A stretch of DNA of 64,000 nt from positions 186,001 to 250,000 of the forward strand of contig VJWM01000193.1 in assembly GCA_010909165.1 (NCBI GenBank), in the 5' to 3' direction. The stretch is from Anthoceros angustus (lineage: Eukaryota; Plantae; Anthocerotophyta). Below the pieces are notes generated by a model, which saw only the letters and a list, made by a program, of their open reading frames with translations, ran no database searches and had not been told where the DNA came from. The translations under genes and the position numbers were made by a program. The number at the start of each line of letters is the position of its first letter. Within the stretch, counting starts at the first letter, position 1. This document shows, piece by piece, positions 23,012-35,119 of this stretch.

Positions 23012-24437
23012 GTATTAGTAGTACAGTTTACCACTCTAAATTGGTATACTTTACTAACCAATGGATGAATCATAGTTCAAGCTTATTTTTGGGCAAATAA
23101 AAATTGAATGAGCAATTCTATCCTAGATTGGTTTCTCTACTATACCAGGGTTGGTTACTTAGCACCCACGAACCACAAATAGGGATATCCAAAACTATAT
23201 CCAAGTTAACCAAGTGTGGTCTCGAACCAAAACAAAAATTTTACCAACATTTTTCATGGATGAAGTATAAAAACTTATCTTAAGATTAAAATTCAGGTAT
23301 AGTATATTATATTTTAAATAAAAATAATTAATTATATTATTTTCAAGTTAACCATCATATATAATAGGATGGTAAACTAACATATTTTCATTATTTTTTC
23401 TCTTCTTCTATTTTTATTTTATAATATTTTATCATTGTATAGCATATTTTTATTTTTAATTCTTTTAAACCATATATTTATGGTGTATTCTTTTAAATAC
23501 TTATCTTTAATTTGGATTTTGTTGGGTACAATGAAGCCAGGATAACCTTTTATGACCGTAGTTCACAAAATTCGTCTGCACAAATTATAGTTAGCATAAT
23601 CGAGAAATCCTAGTCTAAGGGCATAAACCAAAGTTAAAATGATAAGAAATTATCCGAACCAGGATGGTTTTGGTTAAGAACCCAACCACCATGTTCTAAG
23701 CAGGTAGTGATTAATACATTTGTATATACCTACCATGTGCATATGGCCGCAGGCTAATCCTCCTTGCAAAGTAAAGGCGCACTCCTCCCGAGGTGGTGGG
23801 CCCCACCGCCCCGCCCTCCCTTGTAGCATGACCGCCATGCCATGTCCATAGGACCATGCACGTATGAACCTGCGTATGAGCGCATCCCGTATCGTATGCG
23901 GCAACCCGCGGCTCCCGGCACCGGGTTGTGTAACATGGAGAGCGCCATGGAATCCTTTTCAACGCCGGCTTAGGTTCCATTTCAAACTCAAAGAGAAGCG
24001 TGCCCTAATCACAAGTTTGCACAAACAAACATGTTCATGGGACAGGGAACGCGTCTCAATGAAGGACGATGACCGAGCATTGAAAGAGCTAGATGAACGT
24101 GCGCCGATGAAGCTGGAAGATCGGCCGCTGAAGGAGGTGGGTGATTGTGAGATGGGCGTGGTGAGAGCGGTGATAATGCCTGATTTGAGCCTTAGAGTCC
24201 TGCGTGTGTATCGTGTCCTTTGTGTGAATGTCTGCCTGTGTTCATGTGAGAGCCACATTTTCTAACTCTGTAGGCAACGGCGTCCAAATGTTCTCACAAT
24301 TCGTGTAATTATGTCTACTCAGGGCTTACCAAGGACAGATGCATGCCCACCGACGAAATCGCGAGGATGCTGGATTTCCTTGAAGTGCCCGTTTACCTCA
24401 TAACTCTGCATTCTTCGCGGCACTGGCAATTTTACTG

Positions 24438-26503
24438 ATGTCTAAAATGGCACAGGACTTTGTGAGCACGGATCCATGCCCTCTGCCTGTACAGCACCCG
24501 ACTGTTGGGCATTTTAGTAAAGAAGATTTACAATGGTCACCCTCTAAGCACTTTGCAGGAAAGATGACTATGCATGTCAAAATAGCCTACATTGTCTGGG
24601 ATAGAGTGGACGATTTCCTTGTAGGGGAAGCTGAGAACTCTATATTTCCTACAAAGCTAGTGAGACGGAATGTTTGGAAACGGGCCAGCGACCGCATATA
24701 CCAGGTACTGCCAAATTCACCAAGCTCATATATGAAATATGAATGTGCTTACGGACCACAAGATTTCCGCCTAACAAGTTTTGAGCCTTTCATTCATGTT
24801 ATGAACCGTCCAACAACAGGAGAAGGCAGCAGGAAGTCACACATTAAGACTGGCCAAAGTAGGAATCGAGGCTGTAAGTTCCAGTTTTTCATTAGCAAAA
24901 TATTGCAATGGCCGGCAAATGCAAAGATACGAATTCACGAGTGGCACCATAAAGACATGAATGGTGATTTCTGCCATGGTTTGTTGACAAATGATACCCC
25001 TGCAAATGTTTCTCTTGCTCATGTTTTATCCATGGCAAAGCGGGAATGGGTTAAGCATAAGCTTTAATGTAAGCTCACCAATTACCAAATTATGTCTGAT
25101 CACGAGGCAGATTTGTATCGCAGAAAGAAGGACAACCCAGGATGCCACTTGGTTCGTGATGATTTTTTATTGCCCAAAAACATAAGAAATATGCAGGTAG
25201 AGCTGGATTGCAGGATATGGAAATTTCATCATAGTGACGAGGAAAGCGTGAGAATTTGGATGGACTTACACAAGCATGAGATTTTCTTTTCTTCTTTCAG
25301 CTGTGAGTCTATAGACGTGTGTCGCTTTGCAGTAGGTATTCAAACAATATTTCAACACTCATCCATGTTGAGGTGGGGCCATAACTTGATTGTTTCTATG
25401 GATGCCAATTTCGGGACTAATAAGTGGAAATTTCAGTTGTTCACACTGTTGGTCTTCGATAACCACATGAACGGCCGCAGCATGGATCATTTCCAGGACA
25501 AAGGCACTTTTGAGAGTATTAGTGCATGGTTGGGGGCTTTAAAGCAAGTCATGGTGAAGGCTAATCAAGCTTGGAAGCCCAACGCCTTCTTGGTGGACGA
25601 TTGCCAAGCCGATCAATGCTATATGGCAAGTATTTGGTCTAACATGCTGGTGTTCTTGTGTTTGTGGCATGTGTGGCATGCCTGGTTGAGACAACTCATA
25701 ATGAAGGTGAAAAACAGAGTGAGGAGAGGGGACATGATGAGCACACTTGGTAAAATCATGTATATGGATGAGCAGGGTTGTGCTATGGAGAAAGTTGTGG
25801 AAGAGCTTGATGCATTCTACTCCTCATATGCAATAACGGAGCTTGACATATTTTAAACGGCAATGGGGGTAAAACATGCCCATGTGGATTAAAGCAGCTC
25901 GAGAAGTCGCACATGCTGGCCAGGACTGCAACAGCAGCATAGAAGCCTACTACCAGCATTTGAAATTCAAGTGTCTTCTAACCAAGAAGCAACTTACAGG
26001 TAGACGTTTAGATTGGTTGCTACATGTCCTTGTGGATGAAGTCAATCGGCATTTTTGGTTCTGATCACAATGCAAGTTGCTGAATATGGTTCACAACACC
26101 AAGTTAAAGAGGCTTGTGCAACATGCTATTGTCAAGGCACTTCAAAAGTGCAAGTTCGAATATGGTTCACAGCACCAAGTTAGAGAGGCTTGTGCAACAT
26201 GCTATTGCCAAGGCACTTCAAATTTCAGATGTTGATATCACACTCCCGACAATAGATAATTCTTCAGCCTATGTTAAAAGTCAGAAGCCACTTAATAGGT
26301 CGGTAGTGGAGTACGAGGTCCTGCATGGAGGAAGGCAATGGGCTGCTTGCAACTGCAAACAAGGGTTGAATGGATTTGTGTGCAAACATCAAGTCAAGGT
26401 CTTACTGATGTTAAACCGGGTTACGGCCATACAGATACTTGTGCACAAATTAATGATTATGTCGAAGGAACATGGAACTGATAGTGTCAATTTGGCAAGT
26501 TAG
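24438..26503 (+). CDS. MULE transposase 1 (N-terminal Cys/His finger, DDE core, SWIM finger), frameshifted
   Basis: YECAYGPQD..RGCKF..H..CHG; VSMDANFG..LLVFD; FLVDD; LCLWHV; CNSSIEAYY; SWIM CNCKQGLNGFVCKH. Confidence 0.88.
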
Positions 26504-27130
26504 GTCATGCAGGCACCATGTTTTGAGGAACCTACAGTAAATGTTTTCGAAGACGAGCCCCAAGTACGGTGCCCCAAAAGCAGGTGTGCGGTCCATGGAC
26601 GCTAGTCAAGTAGATTACGGAATGGTCCATAAGTGGCCTTAGTTAGAAAACCATGTTGCTAGGATGGGACACTTAGCAAGACAGTCAAAGGTTTGGGAGC
26701 GATCTTGATCTTCACCAGTTGCATCGAACACGAATTCTAGAACATGATCCGACACGTACAGACAATTCTTTGAAACGAAAAAGGCCCTTTTGGGAAACGG
26801 GAGCTAGTCGAGAGAGAGCGAGAAGTGCCCCAAGATCAGAACTTGAAGGTCCAGCAGTTCAAACATGAAAACCTCCTGTAGTACCTAGACCTAAGAACTT
26901 TGTCCAATTAGCAGGAGAGTTGCAACCGGATATAGATGTGTTGGCGAAACGCGACAATTTTGTTTGAGCTTAAACATAGCAATTTTGTTTCAGCCTCGAA
27001 ACCCATTGACATCTTAGTTGGTGGGCACTCCATACTACATTACAAGGAGAATGAAGACCACACCCTAGCATTATACTAAGAATCATACCAAAACTAGAGG
27101 TGGAATGTAAACAAAACAATGCTCTAATTC

Positions 27131-29132
27131 TACGCAGAAAGAAGGACAACCAGGATGCCACTTGGTTCGTGATGATTTTTATTGCCCAAAACATAAGAAA
27201 TATGGTGTAGAGTCGGATTGCGGATATGGAAATTTCATCATAGTGACGAGGAAAGCGTGAGAATTTGGATGGACTTACACAAGCATGAGATTTTCTTTTC
27301 TTCTTTCACCGTGAGTCTATAGACGGTGTCGCTTATGGTATTCAAACAATATTTCAACACTCATCCATGTTGAGGTGGGGCCATAACTTGATTGTTTCTA
27401 TGGATGCCAATTTCGGGACTAATAAGTGGAAATTTCAGTTGTTCACACTGTTGGTCTTCGATAACCACATGAACGGGCTGCCGGCAGCATGGATCATTTC
27501 CAGGACAAAGGCACTTTTGAGAGTATTAGTGCATGGTTGGGGGCTTTAAAGCAAGTCATGGTGAAGGCTAATCAAGCTTGGAAGCCCAACGCCTTCTTGG
27601 TGGACGATTGCCAAGCCGATCAATGCTATATGGCAAGTATTTGGTCTAACATGCTGGTGTTCTTGTGTTTGTGGCATGTGTGGCATGCCCGGTTGAGACA
27701 ACTCATAATGAAGGTGAAAAGCAGTGAGGAGAGGGGACATGATGAGCACACTTGGTAAAATCATGTATATGGATGAGCGTTGTGCTATGGAGAAAGTTGT
27801 GGAAGAGCTTGATGCATTCTACTCCTCATATGCACAACGGAGCTTGACATATTTTAAACGGCAATGGGGGTAAACATGCCCATGTGGATTAAAGCCGAGA
27901 AGTCGCACATCTTGGCCGCCAGATCGCAATAAAGAAGCCTACTACCAAGATTTGAAATTCAAGTGTCTTCTAACCAAGAAGCAACTTACTGTGTAGCGTT
28001 TAGATTGGTTGCTACATGTCCTTGTGGATGAAGTCAATCGGCATTTTTGGTTCTGATCACAATGCAAGTTGCTGAATATGGTTCACAACACCAAGTTAAA
28101 GAGGCTTGTGCAACATGCTATTGTCAAGGCACTTCAAAAGTGCAAGTTGCTGAATATGGTTCACAGCACCAAGTTAGAGAGGCTTGTGCAACATGCTATT
28201 GCCAAGGCACTTCAAATTTCAGATGTTGATATCACACTCCCGACAATAGATAATTCTTCAGCCTATGTTAAAAGTCAGAAGCCACTTAATAGGTCGGTAG
28301 TGGAGTACGAGGTCTGCATGGAGGAAGGCAATGCTGCAATGCAAACAAGGGTTGAATGGATTTGTGTGCAAACATCAAGTCAAGGTCTTACTGATGTTAA
28401 ACCGGGTTACGGCCATACAGATACTTGTGCACAAATTAATGATTATGTCGAAGGAACATGGAACTGATAGTGTCAATTTGGCAAGTTAGGTCATGCAGGC
28501 ACCATGTTTTGAGGAACCTACAGTAAATGTTTTCGAAGACGAGCCCCAAGTACGGTGCCCAAAACAGGGTGTGCGGTCCATGGACGCTAGCTGGGCAGAG
28601 ATTACGGGAATGGTCCATAAGTGGCCTTAGTTAGAAAACCATGTTGCTGCTAGGATGGGACACTTAGCAAGACAGGTCAAAGGTTTGGGAGCTGATCTTG
28701 ATCTTCACCAGTTGCATCGAACACGAATTCTAGAACATGATCCGACACGTACAGACAATTCTTTGAAACGAAAAAGGCCCTTTTGGGAAACGGGAGCTAG
28801 TCGAGAGAGAGCGAGAAGTGCCCCAAGATCAGAACTTGAAGGTCCAGCAGTTCAAACATGAAAACTGCCTGTAGTACCTAGACCTAAGAACTTTGTCCAA
28901 TTAGCAGTAGAGTTGCAACCGGATATAGATGTGTTGGCCGAAACGTGACAATTTTGTTTGAGCTTAAACATAGCAATTTTGTTTCAGCTCCTCGAAACCC
29001 ACAGTTGACATCTTAGTTGGTGGGCACTCCATACTACATTACAAGGAGAATGAAGACCACAGTCCCTAGCATTATACTAAGAATCACAGTCAAAACTAGA
29101 GGTGGAACAGAAACAAAAACAATGCTCCTAAT
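27131..29132 (+). repeat. ~2.0-kb tandem duplicate of the 3' part of MULE transposase 1 (25118-27130)
   Basis: Near-identical sequence differing mainly by small indels. Confidence 0.9.
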
Positions 29133-29819
29133 TGCTGACACAGCAGAGCACAAAATCACAATTGCAGCTGTGGGAATGTCCCGTGGACTTGCCAACTTGC
29201 TGGACTGAGTATGCCACTTGCAAGGAGCATACCCGCGCACGGGATTACGGGCGCGACTTTTGGCAAACTTGTGATTAGAGCACGCTTCGCTTCGACTTTG
29301 AAATGGAACTTAAGCCGACATTGAAAAGGATTTCATGGCGCTCTCCATGTTACACAACCCAGTGTCGGGAGCTGCGGGTTGCCGCATACGATACGGGATG
29401 CGCTCATACGTGCATGGCCCTGTGGACATGGCATGGCGGCGCTAGGCCTAAATATTGGTTCGCCAGGGTACGGCCTGGCGAACCGACATGCCATGCCATG
29501 AGCATGGCCCTCCTCTCCCCTACTCCTCTCTCTCTTATCCGTGCCAACCCGTGACCGAGCCACCGGGAGCGACGGGAAACTAGTTCAAGTTCCCATCGCC
29601 TGATTGTCCCGGCAATTCCGCTGGCGATATCGCCGCCTTCGCTCGCTTCGCTTGAGAACGAGAGCGAGAGAGTGCTCGCTCAAAGCAGGCACGTGGTAAG
29701 AGTTGAAAGACCAAGGTCGGGAGGATGCACATATACCGATCGTGCTCGTGATGGATGAGGTTGCAACGCATTGTCCTTTGCGCCTGTAGGCCCGTGGAGG
29801 GAAATTTTCTTTTAATGAC

Positions 29820-32521
29820 TTGGAATGGCAGCAATCCTCATACAAGCATCCATCTTGTCCTGGCCAAGACAAACAACGACAGCCAGCTTACATCCCTTGG
29901 ACCAGAGTGCAGGATTTCATAGAGGGCATGAACGCATTGCCACAAGCTCCTACAAATTATTACAAGGCATCTCGTAGAGGGCCGGCCAGCAATACTTCAG
30001 CAGTAAGTTGTCTGAAGCTAGATGCAGCCATTGTCACAACACGGTATGTATGGACCATAAGGATTTTACTTTCTGCTTGTTGGTATCATTGAAAGATTTC
30101 ATCTTCAGTGTTTTGCTTGCAGTTATTGGTGTGGATATGGGCCACAGGACTTGCGGAATGTTCCCATGCCTCCACCAATTGACTATTCGTGGAGGGTGAG
30201 AAGAAGCGTAGACGGTCTCGGATTGCTAACGGTGAAAGCATCAAACACGGCTGTCGAGCTTCGTTTGCCATTGCACAGTTACGAAGATGGCCAGTAATTG
30301 CTCAAGTAACTTTATACGAAACTATGCACGTGGATGTTTCTAGCAGAGTGTGTCATGGCCCAGAGTACGTAGGCATGCCAAGAGATGTCAAGGCTCCTCA
30401 CTTGAGTGCTGACAAGAAGGCATGGGTGAAACATGGTTTACTGTGTAATGTTTCTGTATCAGAGATTCTTAGACGACACCAGGAGAAGGTGCGAGCGAAA
30501 TGTTATGGGCTTCCAACAAGCTTGGAGCTTGAGTCACAGTATGTCCAGGTTAGAGATGATTTCTTGACACGTGCAGACATTGACAATCTTGCCGTCGATT
30601 TGCAAGGTACAGTGTGGAAACATCATCCGAATGACAATATTAGTGTGGGTATATGGATGCGGCTCAATGCTGTATTTGTGTTTCACAAGTCCACCGATCA
30701 CTGCTTTGTTTGGGGATCTGCACTGCTCATGCTTCGACTGCTTGACACATGGTAAGAATAATGTGCTCGGGATTGATTCCACGTTTGGTGTAAACCAGTA
30801 AAAGTACCAGCTTTTCACAATTATGGCTTTCGACCTTCACATGAATGGTATTCCGGTAGCATAGGTTTTGGCAAAGGACGGTACAAGTGAGACCATAGCC
30901 AGGTGGCTGACATCTTTTCATGAGGTTCTGTTAAGTAAGGATGCAACTTGGTTGCCCTCCACAATATTGGTTAATGATTGTGCAGCTGAGATTGCTGCAA
31001 TTCGAAAGGTTTACAATTATAGTGTTCATGTTCTACTTTGCCTCTAGCATGTGTGTCGTGCTTGGCTGCGTAGTCTTATTAAGAAAGTCCAAAACAGGGT
31101 AGACAAGGAAGCCATATGGCAGGAATTAGGCGAAGTGATGTACATGAAGGGCTCTAGCACATCAATTCGAGATACAATTCGGGAGGGTGAGCAGTTGCTA
31201 TTTTCCTTCTATGCCAAGTGGGAGAAACGGCAACCCGCATTCGTGGGCTATTTCAGAACAACCTCGGGTGCACAACTAGGTTAGTCAATATCTCCAGCCT
31301 CGTATTCTCCCTTTTCAAGCTTGTGCACATACACATCTTCACAAGGCCTGTTTTGATTGCAGGCATGTTCATAAAAAATGCCCGCATGCTTCCGCATGCA
31401 GGGCAAGACTGTGCCTCTGCTATAGAGGCATGGCATCGGTTTTTTAAGCAGAAACTTGGTCTTACGAGGGCATCTCTTGCTGGCAGACGAGCAGACTGGT
31501 TGTTACATCAATTGTGCTTCGTAATTGTGTCCCATTATTGGTATGTGAACCATTGCAAAGAAGGAGGGTATGTGGTTAACATAGCCGAGGAGAAACTGGT
31601 GCACACTGCAATAGATGGGGCAACTTCGATTGAGGACGATAATATTACTTTGCCTTCCCCACCTTGTACCACAGCTTTATGTAGGAGTTCAACAGATGCC
31701 CATGTGACATATACAATTGAGAATGCAGATTCCATGTGGGCTACATGTGAGTGTGCTCAAGGGAGGAAAGGCTTTATTTGTAAACACATCGTGAAAGTGC
31801 AAGATATGCTTGGAGTGCTCTCATACACACTCCGGATGAAACGTCAGTATACAGCAACGAATGGTCTGGTAATTCAGGAGCCTGTAACGACTCTTGCTTT
31901 ATGTGACAATAGAGAATAGGTGATGGAAAGCGTTTCGTGCAACCTGCAACCCGTTGTGGAGGGTCTTTTATGTAACGAAGGCGGAACAGAAGATCAGATT
32001 CGCTTCCGGGAACAAGATTGCAATGCTATTGTGAATTTGATGCACAAGAATAAGGAAGTCGTGGGGGATGCAGCACTTTTGGTGAAACGTACACTCATGG
32101 ATGTCCAGCGTTTGATTGCATATGAGCAGGAAATGGTCTGGTAATTCAGGAGCCTGTAACGACTCTTGCTTTATGTGATAATAGAGAATAGGTGATGGAA
32201 AGCATTTCGTGCAACCTGCGACCCACTGTGGAGGGTCTTTTATGTAACGAAGGCGGAACAGAAGATCAGATTCGCTTCCGGGAACAAGATTGCAATGCTA
32301 TTGTGAATTTGATGCACAAGAATAAGGAAGTCGTGGGGGATGCAGCACTTTTGGTGAAACGTACACTCATGGATGTCCAGCGTTTGATTGCATATGAGCA
32401 GGAAATGCCTGCAGCACGGCAGCCTCTTCAAGCATTCACCATCAACGAGGGAGACAACAACATCGTCAGGACTAAGCCATTCTTCTCACCAACGAACAAA
32501 AAGAAGAAGAGAGTGACTTAG
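29820..32521 (+). pseudogene. MULE transposase 2 (diverged paralog with introns), with premature stops
   Basis: AYIPWTRVQDFIEG; YWCGYGPQD; HGCRASF..CHG; GIDSTFG; LLCL*HV; CASAIEAWH; SWIM CECAQGRKGFICKH. In-frame TAG codons at expected Trp positions. Confidence 0.85.
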
Positions 32522-35119
32522 AAGTTATCAGCACACAAAGAAAACTAGCGTAGGTGTAGGTGCGATGTAGGTGCCAGTAATGTCTCCCTTCAGATGTTTT
32601 GACCAATGCTGCAATTAACCAAAAACTCAGTCTTGATGATCGTTCTCTCCGCTCGTCTAGGTGATCCTCCTCTACGCTTGCCTCAGTGCGTCCCAGCCGC
32701 GCATGCTTGAACGCTGTGTGTGCCGACGAGTTTGACTTTGTATCGTGCCAGAGTATCGCTGCGGTATTCAGGACAGCGGGAACTTGAGTTAGTTCCCCTC
32801 GCCCCCACTGGCCCGGTCGCAGGTTGGCACGGGTACGAGAGAGGGGCAAGGGAGAGGAAGGCCATGCTCATGGCATGGCATGTTAGTTCGCCAGGCCGTA
32901 CCATGGCGAATCGATTTGATTTAGGCCTAGCCGCATGGCAGTCATTGCACAAGGGAGGGCGAGCAGTGGGGCCCACCACCTCGGGAGGATTGCGCCTTTA
33001 CTTTGCAGGGAGGATTAGTCTGCGGCCGATACGGGATGCGCTCATACGCAGATTCATATGTGCATGGTCCTATGGACATGGCATGGTAGTCATGCCACAG
33101 GGGAGGGCGGGCGGTGGGGCCCACCACCTCGGGAGTCTTTACATTGCAGGTAGGATTAGCCTGCGGCGTGCATATGCGTGTGTAGTTCAGCAGAACGCCC
33201 CAAAAGTAGATCAATAGTTACAGATGTACGTAGGTATGTCATCGACTATAACATCAACATTTTCTGTCATTTCAGCACTGACAGCAGAGAACAGGTCAAC
33301 TAACATATGTGCACACGCTTGAAGAAACCTAACCATACGTTTTGAAAAACCTTTCTACTATACTGTTTTTTTGACCGTGCTTATAGTGCCTTTTGGACCA
33401 TCCACCTACACAGAAAGCTAAGGGAGGAGTCGAGGACTGGACTGCTCGACACAAAAGACCGGCCAACCCTTGCTCTGACTCGGGGTATTTTAAAATGGAT
33501 CCAAACATTGTGGATCTTCAGTTGTCTTTCCGACAGCTTCACTGGAAAGCGGTTGCACGGTAATGCAGGATTTACATAGCCTGTTGATTTGTGGGGCGTG
33601 AGGCACGGTGCACTGCTATGCGAACTCACAAACCATATTCTAAGATCCAGAGAGCAAGTCTTCAACAGCAAGCCCAAGCTCACGCCGTGTCACAGTGGCT
33701 CTGCATCGTGCACATAAAAAACCAACCGATATCACGACTTTGAAAGATAAGCCTTGCACGAGTCAAAATCCACCTTAGTAACCATGAAGTGAAGACTGTC
33801 AGATTTGCCCTGTTCAATTCCCCACGCACTAGTCTTATTCCACACAGAATCAAACCACAAGCAACCTCACACACCCCAGTCCTCACACCAGCCCGCATTC
33901 CACATCAGAGTAAGACTGCTCCACTTTACTACAAGACATCTCCAGAAAGAAACTCTTGTACGTAGTAATTTGTATTTGAAGAGTCACAGACACGCCAGCT
34001 AGCAATTCGCATAGGTGGAACCCAAGGAACAACTTCCAGCCACACCATGCCACACGCCCAGTCTGCAACGTCCAGCTTTGCTAAACCCACTCTTCATCCA
34101 GAAAACCGTTCCTTCGTGGTGGACGAAAATCAGAGGCCTCAGTCCAGTTTGAGTTCGGTTTTAACCTGGTTTCGTTACGGTCCGAAAGCAACAGGGTTAG
34201 GAGAATAATGACTCCGTTAGTTCATCGCGAGCATTACAACTACAGCATGTGAGCTAGGCCAAACACAAGTTGAGCACACAATGCATGAGCCTCATCAATA
34301 ATGTAACCACTGATAGCCGTTAGAGCAAGACAGGTTTAAAAAATAATGATGAGACTCCATGAGTTGGGCAGATGAACCCAACCATCTCTGCAGCTTAGCA
34401 GGTAAAAGGTCAGGGCCACCTCTGCGTTGATAGATTTCAGTGTCAGTAAGCAAAGACACCTGGCAAAGTCAAAACCTCACTCAGCTAACAAGGAAATACG
34501 GTCAGCACATCTGATGTTTGCTGAAAATTTAACAATTTCTAGCTTGTATCTGGCCTAAAAGAGAGACGAGGTCAGTCCAGCTGTAAAAGGCATCTTCACG
34601 GGGTCCAACAGTATACCACATAAGACCCAGGCTATTGTGACATCCAGCCTCTGCAACAACCTGGGGAGCTCAGTTAGGATCCACAGACAGCGCAATGACG
34701 ATCAGCACAATGAACTGAACTCTCCCGAGTTAGATCCAAATGCATGCCACAGACTCTCCAGTACCCCTAGCCAAATGGTATTCGCCTCTCAACCAGTCTT
34801 GTCACCTGCTAGAAAATCCGCCTCAAAATCTTCCTAATCGCCCGTGAACTGAGTGCCTTTCCTGCAATTATGATTTGTAACTTCGTAGCACCCAAAGCAC
34901 TTTAACAAAACATCAATAATAAGTTGCCTCAGGGGAACATATCTTCAGTGAAAGACCTGTGCCTCCACCCTGCCCATCCTCCTCGTGTCTCATTGCAGAA
35001 GGAGCAGTAGCCAACACCAGAATGTACAGGAGAAGTTAGCACACAGCAGCTCCTCTTGAAATCCTTTCAGAACGACTGCAGTTCCACATGTAAACTCAAC
35101 TTGGCAGTAACCAGGAGTA

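Larger units (their letters stand above)
23746..33167 (+). mobile_element. Composite Mutator-like (MULE) element with TIRs and 9-bp TSD, carrying two transposase genes
   Basis: Terminal inverted repeat GCCGCAGGCTAATCC (23746) / GGATTAGCCTGCGGC (ends 33167), extending imperfectly for more than 100 bp. TSD GTGCATATG at 23737-23745 and 33168-33176. Confidence 0.9.

Noticed and set aside
33200-35100. Possible gene between the MULE and SF1
   Set aside because: Only short ORFs without recognisable motifs; compatible with SF1 3' UTR or intergenic DNA.
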